Shown here one piece after another: positions 28,169-38,081 of a stretch of DNA of 64,000 bases; the stretch's first letter is position 1; the number at the start of each line of letters is the position of its first letter. Below the pieces are notes generated by a model that saw nothing but the letters and a program-made list of their open reading frames with translations, ran no database searches and had not been told where the DNA came from. Source of the DNA: a virus; the IMG/VR virus record IMGVR_UViG_3300033153_006968, positions 1-64,000 of that record. One strand, given 5' to 3'. Position numbers and translations under genes: made by a program.

Positions 28169-29766
28169 TATGTAATATCTACGCTATCGTAATCCTCTCT
28201 AAAATAAACTATCTTATCTTTATAATCTACTATCATCAAGTCTGTATGTAAATCGAATTTGTGGAATGAAGTACTTGTCTTTATCCATAACTGTTGATCT
28301 GAACTAAAGTCCAAACCGCTCATAGTCTCACCAGGCATATCAGAAGACAAGTCTATTGTAGTTAATGGAAGTTTATACTGAACGGGGACTATTACTTTAT
28401 CGTACTGTACCACTCCGTCACTATATACAGCCTCAAGAGTAAATTTATATTCTCCGCGCTCGGAAGCGACAATCAATCTTTCTTCTTCTAATTGCCTACT
28501 GTAACTAGTGGGATAATTCCAGAAGTCCGAAGTAACCGAAACTGCTACGCCGTTAGACAGTCCATATTTTACTCCGTCAGGAGTTTCGTATGACAGTCGA
28601 TACTTGTCAATTTTTTTCAGCAAACGAGTTTGAGTAGGGGTAATAGATATGTCTTCTCCGAACAATACATAGTCTTCACCAAGTTCTATTTTGACTTCAG
28701 GACCATTAGTTCTTTCTCTAACAAAGTCAACACCGCTCACCGTTGTTTCTTCCATGCTGTAACAGTATAATTTAGCGCTGTGGTCGATAACCCAACATCT
28801 ATCTGTAAATGGCTGCACAGCTATATCTGCCGCACTGACATTGCTCTCGCTAGAGTCAAGAAGTTCCCATCTATTCTCTGGAGCCTTGTCAGAAAATCCA
28901 AACAAGAGATTCTGCCATTCGTCAGATATATAACCTATTCTATCTAGGGTGGAACCACGAGCAAATCCTCCAAGGTCCCAGAACTCATCAACTTTATTAT
29001 CGTTTTCTGACCATCTAAGATTGTAGAAAGACCAATATGGACCAGCGTTAGTATCTCCAGATAAAATATCTACCTGAACTCCGCTCTCCATATTATAAAT
29101 GTCGACACGAGTTATCTCTTCCCACTCTTTGAGAGTCTGTCTTTTCTCGTCCCAAGCATATGTAAGAGTCTCTGTTTCTTCGGTTCCTTTTCTTGTGGTA
29201 CCGGTGAGAACAACTTGACCTCTATCAACTTCGCTATCGTCGTTAACTGAGACGTACTGAGTACCGCTACTTACTTCCACCCATAAATGTCCACCGCCCA
29301 AATGGTGAGCGAGTAAACCGCTGTATGGAAAATCATCTACAAATTGAGAAAGAAGCTTGTCAGTTTTATTTGACACAGTATCTGAAAGGGTTGTTCGAGT
29401 TGGTATGGCATTATACCAAAGATCTTCTAAGTCGTTGTTGTCCGCTAATGAAACAGAATATTCTACGCTACTAGAAGTTCCCACAACAGTAGGAGCAATC
29501 TCTATTGGATTTAAAGGATCTGAAGTATTAGTAGAAAAGGTAAACGAAGTAGGTAATTGAACCTTATAGACAAGGTCAATTTCATCAAGATTAACGGTAG
29601 AAAGATATTGGTTCCACTTCATTCTCTCTAAGTATTTGTCCATTTTATCAATGGGCAGGGATAGAGCATTAAAAAATTGAAAACCTATAGATTGATCGTT
29701 ATTTCGGATCCTAGAATAAGTCGGATAATAATTTACTAACTCTTGAACACTTCTTCTCTTTGTCAT
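28168..29766 (-). CDS. Putative baseplate wedge-associated protein
   Basis: Directly follows baseplate J-like gene; L..YYP.Y N-terminus. Confidence 0.5.
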   Translation of the reverse strand: MTKRRSVQELVNYYPTYSRIRNNDQSIGFQFFNALSLPIDKMDKYLERMKWNQYLSTVNLDEIDLVYKVQLPTSFTFSTNTSDPLNPIEIAPTVVGTSSSVEYSVSLADNNDLEDLWYNAIPTRTTLSDTVSNKTDKLLSQFVDDFPYSGLLAHHLGGGHLWVEVSSGTQYVSVNDDSEVDRGQVVLTGTTRKGTEETETLTYAWDEKRQTLKEWEEITRVDIYNMESGVQVDILSGDTNAGPYWSFYNLRWSENDNKVDEFWDLGGFARGSTLDRIGYISDEWQNLLFGFSDKAPENRWELLDSSESNVSAADIAVQPFTDRCWVIDHSAKLYCYSMEETTVSGVDFVRERTNGPEVKIELGEDYVLFGEDISITPTQTRLLKKIDKYRLSYETPDGVKYGLSNGVAVSVTSDFWNYPTSYSRQLEEERLIVASERGEYKFTLEAVYSDGVVQYDKVIVPVQYKLPLTTIDLSSDMPGETMSGLDFSSDQQLWIKTSTSFHKFDLHTDLMIVDYKDKIVYFREDYDSVDIT

Positions 29767-30989
29767 TAACTCGCAATTGTAAACAAGATCGGACTGGTTC
29801 CGGCGTATTGATTCTCGACAATGACTCGTTCATCCTCTTCTGCGCTATAGTCGTTAAGGAGGATTCCTCGAATTTTATTGTCTTCAAGCTTTGTAGGTTT
29901 GTAGGTATAAATGTTTTCAAAAGGTTTAGTGGCGCTTCCAACATTTTTGATTTCGGAAGATGTAGCCATTACACGTTCAATCAGTTCATTCACGATCATA
30001 TCTTCATCTATATCTAGACTGTTAATATAGTCTGTTACATTTGATGTCACAGCATTCAGTATATTAGTTTCTTCTGATGCTGTCATTCTTTTTTTGAGAG
30101 TTAGTTTACCAACAAGAGAGATTCCTACTTCAATAGGGGCTCTTACACTCGGCACTACACCATGCGCTACAACTTTAAGCACTGCTTCGTTCACTGCGCT
30201 AATGAGGCCAGTCGGAACAGTAGGAGTCACAGCTTTGATTAAGACATCAAAAGTTCCTATACCTCTGAAATATGGAATAATTACTAAATCTGCTACACCT
30301 GGAGTGTTTAGAACGGCTAGTCTAACTGATGTAAGATTGGCCTTTTCGGCACTAGTTACTTGTTTAGATATACGAAAACGATAATTGGTATCTATCTCTC
30401 CGTCCTCTCCTTTGATAACTTCTGAATCGTTAACGACTTTGAGAGAATCATCTGCACTGCCTGTATAGTTAGTGAAGTTATGATATTTTAATTGCCGCGC
30501 GCCAACATTGCTTCTTGTTCCAGGCTGAACTGCCTGTGCAGCAACATACACTTCAGAGAGAGAAGAAGACAAAATAACATTATAGGGAATCCTATATGTT
30601 ACTCCCGTACCAGCAAGAGCTGTGCCTACACTTGTTCCAGAAGATAAAAGTATTGAATTGCCATTATTGACATCTCCAAATGTACCACTATCTACATAGA
30701 ATCTTATTACCCTTTCAGAAGAAGAAACAGAAGCGGTCTCTTGACCAAGCTTCTCTATTCCCATCATGTCGCCAATAAATTCTAGATATTTTCCATCTGC
30801 GCCGACAAGAAGAGCTTGAGCGATATTCACGTCGAACTTCTGATACATCTTGCCGAGCTTACCAGAAAGAGCATTTACTATAGCTCGCGTCTTGCTACCA
30901 ACAGAGGTTTTTGTAATGGGAGTATTGTCTATGACTTCAATAAGTAAATCGCCAAATATTTTATCTTTGGACTCTGAGAATAACGGCAT
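29766..30989 (-). CDS. Baseplate J-like wedge protein
   Basis: ADGKYLEFIGDMMGI; AVQPGTRSNVGA; GEDGEIDTNYRFRI; RGIGTFDVLI. Confidence 0.88.
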   Translation of the reverse strand: MPLFSESKDKIFGDLLIEVIDNTPITKTSVGSKTRAIVNALSGKLGKMYQKFDVNIAQALLVGADGKYLEFIGDMMGIEKLGQETASVSSSERVIRFYVDSGTFGDVNNGNSILLSSGTSVGTALAGTGVTYRIPYNVILSSSLSEVYVAAQAVQPGTRSNVGARQLKYHNFTNYTGSADDSLKVVNDSEVIKGEDGEIDTNYRFRISKQVTSAEKANLTSVRLAVLNTPGVADLVIIPYFRGIGTFDVLIKAVTPTVPTGLISAVNEAVLKVVAHGVVPSVRAPIEVGISLVGKLTLKKRMTASEETNILNAVTSNVTDYINSLDIDEDMIVNELIERVMATSSEIKNVGSATKPFENIYTYKPTKLEDNKIRGILLNDYSAEEDERVIVENQYAGTSPILFTIAS

Positions 30990-31486
30990 TATGTTCTCCT
31001 AAAAATATGCTCTCTTTCTCTCTGGTCTTGAGGTTTAAACCAAACGCTATCTTCAACACTATCGTATATAACAGTTACAACGACTGGCTGTCCCAATTCA
31101 AGACTGTTCATATTGGTAGCCATAGCATTGACCTTAATAAATATAGCAACTTCGTGTATTCCGATAGGGGTAACTCGAACATCCAAATCTTCTGGACGAA
31201 CTACGTTGTTAGAAATGAGAGAACTCTTTACTCTTTGCTCTATAGCTTTTCCAATCTCTCTCGTATTCGGCTCTCCTCTATAATCGCTGAGGGTCGTCGC
31301 AAAAGCAGGATTGGCTTTCCAGTCTCCTACTTCGCTCTTAATAATACTTTGAATTTCTTGAATTTTTGCCTGGATTAGATCCGCAGAGGTGTCTCCAAGG
31401 TCGCCGTCTTTACCTACTGTATAGTCTCCGTCATATGTGAATTCAAGATCTATAGAATCGTATAATGAAATTGCCGTTACCTCCAA
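30989..31486 (-). CDS. gp25/gpW-like baseplate wedge (sheath initiator); start uncertain
   Basis: DGDLG; SEVGDWKANPAF...LSDYRGEPN pattern; position before J-like gene. Confidence 0.7.
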   Translation of the reverse strand: MEVTAISLYDSIDLEFTYDGDYTVGKDGDLGDTSADLIQAKIQEIQSIIKSEVGDWKANPAFATTLSDYRGEPNTREIGKAIEQRVKSSLISNNVVRPEDLDVRVTPIGIHEVAIFIKVNAMATNMNSLELGQPVVVTVIYDSVEDSVWFKPQDQREREHIFRRT

Positions 31487-31492
31487 ACAATA

Positions 31493-31831
31493 TTATACCA
31501 CCAAAAAAGCCATTAAAAACGGAAGTGATAAAGCCACACTTGTAAACATTCCTATTGGAGGAATGGGCAGTTGAGAAGGGATAGGAGTAACAATAGTAGA
31601 AGGAACCATCTTCACAAAATCATTCATTCCTACAAAAAGACCTGCAGTTCTGATATTCTCACCAGTCGTAATAAAAGATACTGGACCACTTATATGGGTT
31701 CCCTTCTTGTCTATGGCGATAAAAGCACTCTTGGAACCAGCCATTATAGCAGTCTCTGGAGTGATCATAAAGCCAGCATCACTTTCTCTGCTCGCCTTCC
31801 AAATTTTGTAGTCCTTCTTACTTGCTCCCAT
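31493..31831 (-). CDS. Small baseplate/spike-associated protein with Pro-rich hydrophobic C-terminus
   Basis: Short beta-strand repeats then PSTIVTPIPSQLPIPP and a hydrophobic tail; position. Confidence 0.45.
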   Translation of the reverse strand: MGASKKDYKIWKASRESDAGFMITPETAIMAGSKSAFIAIDKKGTHISGPVSFITTGENIRTAGLFVGMNDFVKMVPSTIVTPIPSQLPIPPIGMFTSVALSLPFLMAFLVV

Positions 31832-31839
31832 TTATCCTC

Positions 31840-32259
31840 CTAAAGTAGGCCCGGGGAAAAAATCCTATAGGCACCTACAGCTACTTCATTCAGGTAAGGC
31901 GTCTTTCTAAGAAAGCTGTGATCTTCGTCCCCTATCACTTCAATTATAGCATTTCTTGGACTAAGTTTTCCTCTCCAATATATTCTAACAACTAAACCTT
32001 CTCTGAGTGCACCCCAAAGAAGATAAATCTCAGACAACGGAGTGGCCAGTGGCAAAAACGCATTAGAGATCTCGTTCCCTACCTTTCCGTCTGCCTCTAA
32101 TTTTTTAACCTTTACCTGACCACTGTCATAGTTAACGGCACTTATGATCCCATAGGTAACTCTGTCCTGCTTGTCGGAAGGCTGCTGCGCTTGACGATTT
32201 GTTTCGTGCAAGGCTTGCTGTAGTTCGTTTTTAGGTGCGGAAGAATTATATCCTGGCAT
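31840..32259 (-). CDS. Spike N-terminal OB-fold-like protein (gpV/gp5-like)
   Basis: YGIISAVNYDSGQVKVK strand pattern; directly follows hub gene. Confidence 0.5.
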   Translation of the reverse strand: MPGYNSSAPKNELQQALHETNRQAQQPSDKQDRVTYGIISAVNYDSGQVKVKKLEADGKVGNEISNAFLPLATPLSEIYLLWGALREGLVVRIYWRGKLSPRNAIIEVIGDEDHSFLRKTPYLNEVAVGAYRIFSPGLL

Positions 32260-35200
32260 TATTCTGGTGGACTAATTATATCTCCTAATAAATAATTACT
32301 AATATCTCCTTGGGTATGACCGGCCCAACTATTAGGATGAAGTTTATCATAAACGTCATTAAGATACAATGGAGCAGTCCTTTCAGCTTCTTTGATCCAT
32401 TTGCCAATCCTCTGAATAAAGCTGCCTCCAGTATGTCTGTTGGGAAGCCCTCCTATCATAGGTTTGTTTCCAAGAACTAACGGAGAGAATCTAAAAGGAT
32501 GAGCAAGCTGAGTTCTCGTTATTAACTTTCTGAATATGAATATCCCGAGCATTCCGGTAATAGAGGACGCCCCTTTAACGCCTATAGCATTCTCGGAAGA
32601 ATTAAAAAACATCCTGGCGATTGGGGCAAATGGAGCACTAAGCGGAGCTAACACACCCTGCGTTACTGCTGCGCCAACAGTGTCAATACTTCCCACTCCT
32701 ACAGAAGCTTTAACTATAGAACCAAGACTCTGAAGACCTATTGATTTGAGACCCTGTTCTACTATCAATCCCATCGCATCTGCCGTAGCCATTGTAGAAT
32801 GTTGATTAACGTGAACCATAAGATCAGGAGTTATCTCTGTTATAAATCCGTTCTTCTGACTAAATCGATGTATAACTTGCTCTACTTCTATCGGTCCATA
32901 CATGTCGTTATATTCGTCAAAAATATAGACAACATCAAAAGGACGGATTTTAGGATTGCCAACAGAAACAATAGAGCCTGTATACGCTTCCTTTAAAGAG
33001 TTGAATAAAAGAGAAACGCAATAATTTTTTGCCATCTCATAACCTACACAATTAGGATACTGGGCAAATAGCTCTCTAACTTCTTCATCTGGAATAGCCG
33101 CATCTGCTTTCAGAGTGAAGGCCTTAGCATCATCAAAATTTAGTCGTGCTGTATCGTTGTCTACATAAGGAGAATCATCGCTATACTGTAGAGTTACGGT
33201 ATTAAAAGTATTATGTGCCGAAGAAGAAATAGAATTGTGGAGAATATGCATAGAGCTTGTCAGAACATGATATGAACGAAATGGTTTTATAAAGCCCTTA
33301 TCTAAGGCATAAATCTTTGCAATCTTCTTTACCCAAGCTTCCTGTTCTTTCTTGTCATTGGTCGTAACGGCATTCTCTAATTCTTCTGACGGGAGAGAGT
33401 CATTACCGACCATTCTCTCCTGTGCTCTTTGTTGTTCCTCTCCTTCAACTCCGTCTTTAACAATTTTCCTCATCTGCTCCATTACGTCTTCTTCAGAATG
33501 ATCTGGATCTCTAGCGAAATAAAGCTGATCTGGCAATCCAAAAAACATTGTCATCCTAGGGCCATGTTTGCCTTGATAAGGAACTGGGCAAGCGATATAA
33601 CTTGGATGTCTAAGAGTCATCTCTTGAAATACGTCCCATACAGTTGTGTGATATAGAGAATAAGTAGGAGTCGTTGAAAAATTGCCAAGAAATCTATCCA
33701 TTAGACCAAGAACATTGCTTCCCTGCGGCGCAAAAATATTATCGTCTTGCGGCGAAGGTTGGAATTTCCACCGATTCTTAAGCAGACTGTATCCGGCATT
33801 CTTTCCAAATTCACCACCTTCCCATCTACCGAAATGTACAACCTCTGGTGAAGCAAGAAGCTGTTCAAGCATTGCAAAGGTTCTGCCATCTCCATCAAAC
33901 CACCCACCGAACTCTTTTACTTCCCCATGGATCGACTGAATAAGTTCTATGGCAAAGCTCTGACAAACAATCTCTACCAAATCGGTACTCTCAGAAAATT
34001 GCACATCTGTTATTACGCCATTAAAAACAACGTCTAGCTCATCTGGATTATTGCTGTATCCCAAATTAAGTTGTACCTGTATGCCAGGCTGCAACATAAG
34101 AGAAGCGATCGGATTTTCTTTAGCTGTGTTCGTTGCAGAGCCTCCTTTTTCTACTGCAATATTTCCCTCTTCGTCAAGATTTTTAGTTGGATCAGCGGCA
34201 AAAGAAAACTTCCTATTACTAAGAACTCCAGATATATTTGTCATTCTAATTCTGCACAAATCTGCAGCAATCTTTCTACTTCTAATTACTTCTATCTCTT
34301 GAATCGCACTATATGAAAAGAAATCATCAAAGGCAAATTTCTTTCTTTCGCCCAAATCGCTTTCAATAAAATAAAGCTTGAAGGTAGGATAGGCGCGTTT
34401 CATGCCATACCCTTGTCCGCTCTTCAATTCTTTTTCGAATTGTTCAATACTCTTCGTAAATAGGCTTTCGTTATTTGGATCAAGGCCAGCTATAGGTCCT
34501 TGAGATTTAGTTGTTTCTCCTTTGAGAATCGGTAAAGGATCTGTATGTTGACCATCTTTTTCCATTTGAAAATGGAGATGAGGTCCTGTTGAATAACCAG
34601 TAGTGCCCATATGTCCTATTAATTTGCCGACTTCTACCGTAAGAGCCCTATTAACGCCATCGTCAGAAATTCCTAAATCGGCAGAACGATATAAAATACT
34701 AGCCCAACCCTGAGTAATTTCGTCCCACATTAGATGAGAATATTTAGTAATCCATCCGTTAGCATGCTGTATTACTAAAGTCACTCCCTTTGCATCTGCT
34801 CTCGCTTGCTGCGCGATTTCTAAAGTTGGATGAAATATAACTTTGCCATAATCACTTATTTTTATAATCCGTCCAGAGGCAGATGCCAATATCTCACTAC
34901 CTCTACTGTCTCTCCAATTATCTGCAGCAAGATCTAGTCCTTTATGAAAGGAAGGCTTCTTTTCGCCCTGTTTTTTTGCAACAGGATCGTCTCTCTTCCC
35001 ATACCTAGATGTAATCCTACGGACAGTAGAACGGGTGGGCCACTTAAAACTAGGATCCTTGCCAGAATCATGATCGGCAGGATTCTCATATTCACTAGGT
35101 GGCAAAAAAGACAATACTTCATTCGTTTCAAATCTATGCTGTACGGCAGCCGCATTAGAAGGAGGAGATACATTACTCTCTATTGAATTTCTATAATTGG

Positions 35201-38081
35201 TGTTAAGGTTGTTGTCTTGATTATCTCCATCGCCGGGCTGGATAGATACAAGCTCAATAGGCTTTTCAGCCTCATAAGAAGCACAGCCTAAAGAGCCAAC
35301 CAGCTGATTAGGAGCCATAGCGTTATCTTTGAAAGAGCTATCTTTCTTTGAGATATAATCGTCTACCGCTCCGTTATCTGCTTCGCCATCTTTTTCGTCT
35401 GCTTTAGATTGTCTTTCTATTAAATCTTTGTTCTCTCTCGAAAACATGCCCGTCAATAAACTAGATTTCTCTAGACCGAGTATATCCTTCTCGTACACAT
35501 TCTTAAACCAGTCACCCTCTACTTGCTCTTGTGTCTCTTTTGCTTCAATAATGGCATCCTTTGCATCGTTCATAGCTTCGATAGGAATGAGATTATCTAC
35601 AACATCATTTTGCGGCTCAAAGAAATAAAAATCAGGATCAATGAAAGCAGCTATTCCAACGTTCTTTAGAGCTAGTCCAGATTCCTCATACAAGCCATTC
35701 AATTTGTTATATGCGTTCTTAGACAGATCGTCAGAGCTTGCCTGAAGCGTAGAAAGAACATCCCTAATGGGAAAGTCAGGATAATTATCTGCGCCGGCAG
35801 AAAGACCAGTCTTATTCATTGACTCTCTAACCTCTTTGAACTGGGGAAGATCTCGTAAACTCTTAGTATTTAAAATTTTATCAAGGAATTTCTGCGTAAA
35901 AACTGCCCATTCCTGAAAGCTATTATTGATAAGAGCATTTAATCTAATGTTGTCTTCAGTTCCAATCCCTTCTACGATATCTTCAACGCTTGTATCTCGA
36001 AATTGTCCCATCCCTATACTTCCAAGAAGAGCTTGTTCTTCTTGTCCTTGATTATATGCGTCTATAATTTTTTCGCTTTTAACCTGAGTATCTCCAAGGT
36101 TATGTTCTGATACATAAGATTTTCCATAAAAATCACTTCTAAATGTATTAATATATCCTTGTCCTTTCGCTCTTCTAATAGAGTTGTATATTTCTGTTAA
36201 ATCTTCGTTAACTCTCTCTATACTTATTAAATCTTTATTCTTTAAAAGTAAAAGATCTGCCACTATTTCTTTAGCTAAAACTGAATTATTCCAAGGTCCA
36301 ATTAAATTTCCTAAATTGAGAACTAATTTTTTAACAAAATTCGCAAGATTTTCCGCATACTCGGAACAAAGTTTTGCAAACCGTGCATTTCTACCGTTGT
36401 TTTCAGGACCAGAATATTCATAATATTTTAAGGGAGAAAGAGCAACTCCAAATGCTTGCTTCCCAGATTCCTGAATTTCGATCTTTTCATGAGTTGTTTT
36501 ATAGTTTAGACCTAAAAAGAAATGTTCTGTAGCTCCTTGTATTTCATATAGTTTATCTGGATAAAATTTAATATTTTTTTCTATAATCTCTGCAATCTTT
36601 GACCTTAAATCCTGACCGCTTGTAAAAGATCCACTAGCTTGAAAATTCTCCCTAGTGTACTCTGTCAAAGGATTATCTACGAGAACAAGGGCACCCTGAT
36701 AACTGCCAGGTTCTCCCTCTATGTTCTCAACAACGAAACTCTCTGCAAGGAACCCTTCGAGTCCACACATGTTAACTATGTCATTTTCAATCTTGATGTT
36801 TCTGTGTCCGGCGGGAATATTCCTATATTTTAAAGATTGATCTTCCACCGCAGAATAGAAAGAAGAAAGCTTCTCTATAGCGCTTTCCATAGTTGTAGCA
36901 AAAGAAATAACTACTTCAGCGTCTATACTTCCTATATGTTGAAAAGATGGGAATGGATGTCCCATTAGAGGAAGCATTGCAAGGATATTCTCAAAAGAAA
37001 TAGATATACTTTGTATGACTAATCCTGTGTCGTTGAAGTCTAAACTTACCCCGCGAGAAAGAAGAATGGTATCTTCCTTATCATATTTGTCTTTACCGTC
37101 TGGATTCTTCTGAAGAGAAGGAGAACCTTTGAAAGAAACGGCACTACCATTTATTTGAACAACGGTCCACTCAGTCATATATTCGTATTTAGAACTAGAT
37201 AGTTGATTAGTTAAAACGTTCCTAAATTTGCTCAATACTTGAGTCGCAGGCATATCGTCAAGCATAGAGGTCATATCACCGACTAATTCTCTAACGTTTG
37301 TCTCTGCCCATCTCTTGTCGGCGACTTCTTTAGAGAGCATATCTCGAATGCCTTTTATATCCTGATTCTCTTTCCCTTCAGCGCCAGTCATTAAAGAGGC
37401 TAGATTAGAGCGAATACTCTTAATAATCTCAATTTCTTTTTCTAGTTGTTCGTATTTTCTTATTGTAATAGAACCAAATTGTTTGAAACGAGCGGTCAAT
37501 CCAGTCTGCAAACTTCCGACATCTCTGTATCCGAAATCGCTAGTGCGAAACGCCCTTCTCTGCTCCGCATGATAAAGCATTTTCCAAGCCTTAGAATCTG
37601 CTGGATTGAAAACTGGCTTAGGTTCCCATATATGAGATTTGAATGCAAAGTCTCTTGTGAATGGGAAATAATTAAACCAACAAAAATGAAAATTAACAGT
37701 AATTACATTTGTGTCTTGATTGTCTTTAACGATCTCTATCTGTTTAACTGCTATAGCCATATTCTGAATATTGTTACTTCCAAGAATAGACTTTCTAAGG
37801 AATTGATTTTCGATAAAACAGAAAGGAGTTACGCGGATTTGAGAGATAATATTGCGCAACTTAGAAAGCCCATTTGTTAGATCTCCTATTTTATTCCCTG
37901 GAGATGGATTGTCTGTGAATTCCGCAGTTACATAGATGTCAAGAGTGGAGTAGCCAGACTTAGATTTGACAGATGAACGAGTCCTAAGCGTCTGCCACTT
38001 GTGATTAAATGAACGTCTATCTATTCTTATATTTTTGGGAGGAATATCAAGAATTATGTCATTGATCTGGAATGAACTCAT
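32259..38081 (-). CDS. Giant baseplate hub / tail-associated lysin with internal M23 metallopeptidase
   Basis: ITSRYGKR..P...FHKGLDL (HxxxD), YSHL, GTTGYSTGPHLHF (HxH); C-terminal hub pattern GNPKIRPFDVVYI...EVEQVIHRFS..GFITEI. Confidence 0.8.
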   Translation of the reverse strand: MSSFQINDIILDIPPKNIRIDRRSFNHKWQTLRTRSSVKSKSGYSTLDIYVTAEFTDNPSPGNKIGDLTNGLSKLRNIISQIRVTPFCFIENQFLRKSILGSNNIQNMAIAVKQIEIVKDNQDTNVITVNFHFCWFNYFPFTRDFAFKSHIWEPKPVFNPADSKAWKMLYHAEQRRAFRTSDFGYRDVGSLQTGLTARFKQFGSITIRKYEQLEKEIEIIKSIRSNLASLMTGAEGKENQDIKGIRDMLSKEVADKRWAETNVRELVGDMTSMLDDMPATQVLSKFRNVLTNQLSSSKYEYMTEWTVVQINGSAVSFKGSPSLQKNPDGKDKYDKEDTILLSRGVSLDFNDTGLVIQSISISFENILAMLPLMGHPFPSFQHIGSIDAEVVISFATTMESAIEKLSSFYSAVEDQSLKYRNIPAGHRNIKIENDIVNMCGLEGFLAESFVVENIEGEPGSYQGALVLVDNPLTEYTRENFQASGSFTSGQDLRSKIAEIIEKNIKFYPDKLYEIQGATEHFFLGLNYKTTHEKIEIQESGKQAFGVALSPLKYYEYSGPENNGRNARFAKLCSEYAENLANFVKKLVLNLGNLIGPWNNSVLAKEIVADLLLLKNKDLISIERVNEDLTEIYNSIRRAKGQGYINTFRSDFYGKSYVSEHNLGDTQVKSEKIIDAYNQGQEEQALLGSIGMGQFRDTSVEDIVEGIGTEDNIRLNALINNSFQEWAVFTQKFLDKILNTKSLRDLPQFKEVRESMNKTGLSAGADNYPDFPIRDVLSTLQASSDDLSKNAYNKLNGLYEESGLALKNVGIAAFIDPDFYFFEPQNDVVDNLIPIEAMNDAKDAIIEAKETQEQVEGDWFKNVYEKDILGLEKSSLLTGMFSRENKDLIERQSKADEKDGEADNGAVDDYISKKDSSFKDNAMAPNQLVGSLGCASYEAEKPIELVSIQPGDGDNQDNNLNTNYRNSIESNVSPPSNAAAVQHRFETNEVLSFLPPSEYENPADHDSGKDPSFKWPTRSTVRRITSRYGKRDDPVAKKQGEKKPSFHKGLDLAADNWRDSRGSEILASASGRIIKISDYGKVIFHPTLEIAQQARADAKGVTLVIQHANGWITKYSHLMWDEITQGWASILYRSADLGISDDGVNRALTVEVGKLIGHMGTTGYSTGPHLHFQMEKDGQHTDPLPILKGETTKSQGPIAGLDPNNESLFTKSIEQFEKELKSGQGYGMKRAYPTFKLYFIESDLGERKKFAFDDFFSYSAIQEIEVIRSRKIAADLCRIRMTNISGVLSNRKFSFAADPTKNLDEEGNIAVEKGGSATNTAKENPIASLMLQPGIQVQLNLGYSNNPDELDVVFNGVITDVQFSESTDLVEIVCQSFAIELIQSIHGEVKEFGGWFDGDGRTFAMLEQLLASPEVVHFGRWEGGEFGKNAGYSLLKNRWKFQPSPQDDNIFAPQGSNVLGLMDRFLGNFSTTPTYSLYHTTVWDVFQEMTLRHPSYIACPVPYQGKHGPRMTMFFGLPDQLYFARDPDHSEEDVMEQMRKIVKDGVEGEEQQRAQERMVGNDSLPSEELENAVTTNDKKEQEAWVKKIAKIYALDKGFIKPFRSYHVLTSSMHILHNSISSSAHNTFNTVTLQYSDDSPYVDNDTARLNFDDAKAFTLKADAAIPDEEVRELFAQYPNCVGYEMAKNYCVSLLFNSLKEAYTGSIVSVGNPKIRPFDVVYIFDEYNDMYGPIEVEQVIHRFSQKNGFITEITPDLMVHVNQHSTMATADAMGLIVEQGLKSIGLQSLGSIVKASVGVGSIDTVGAAVTQGVLAPLSAPFAPIARMFFNSSENAIGVKGASSITGMLGIFIFRKLITRTQLAHPFRFSPLVLGNKPMIGGLPNRHTGGSFIQRIGKWIKEAERTAPLYLNDVYDKLHPNSWAGHTQGDISNYLLGDIISPPE

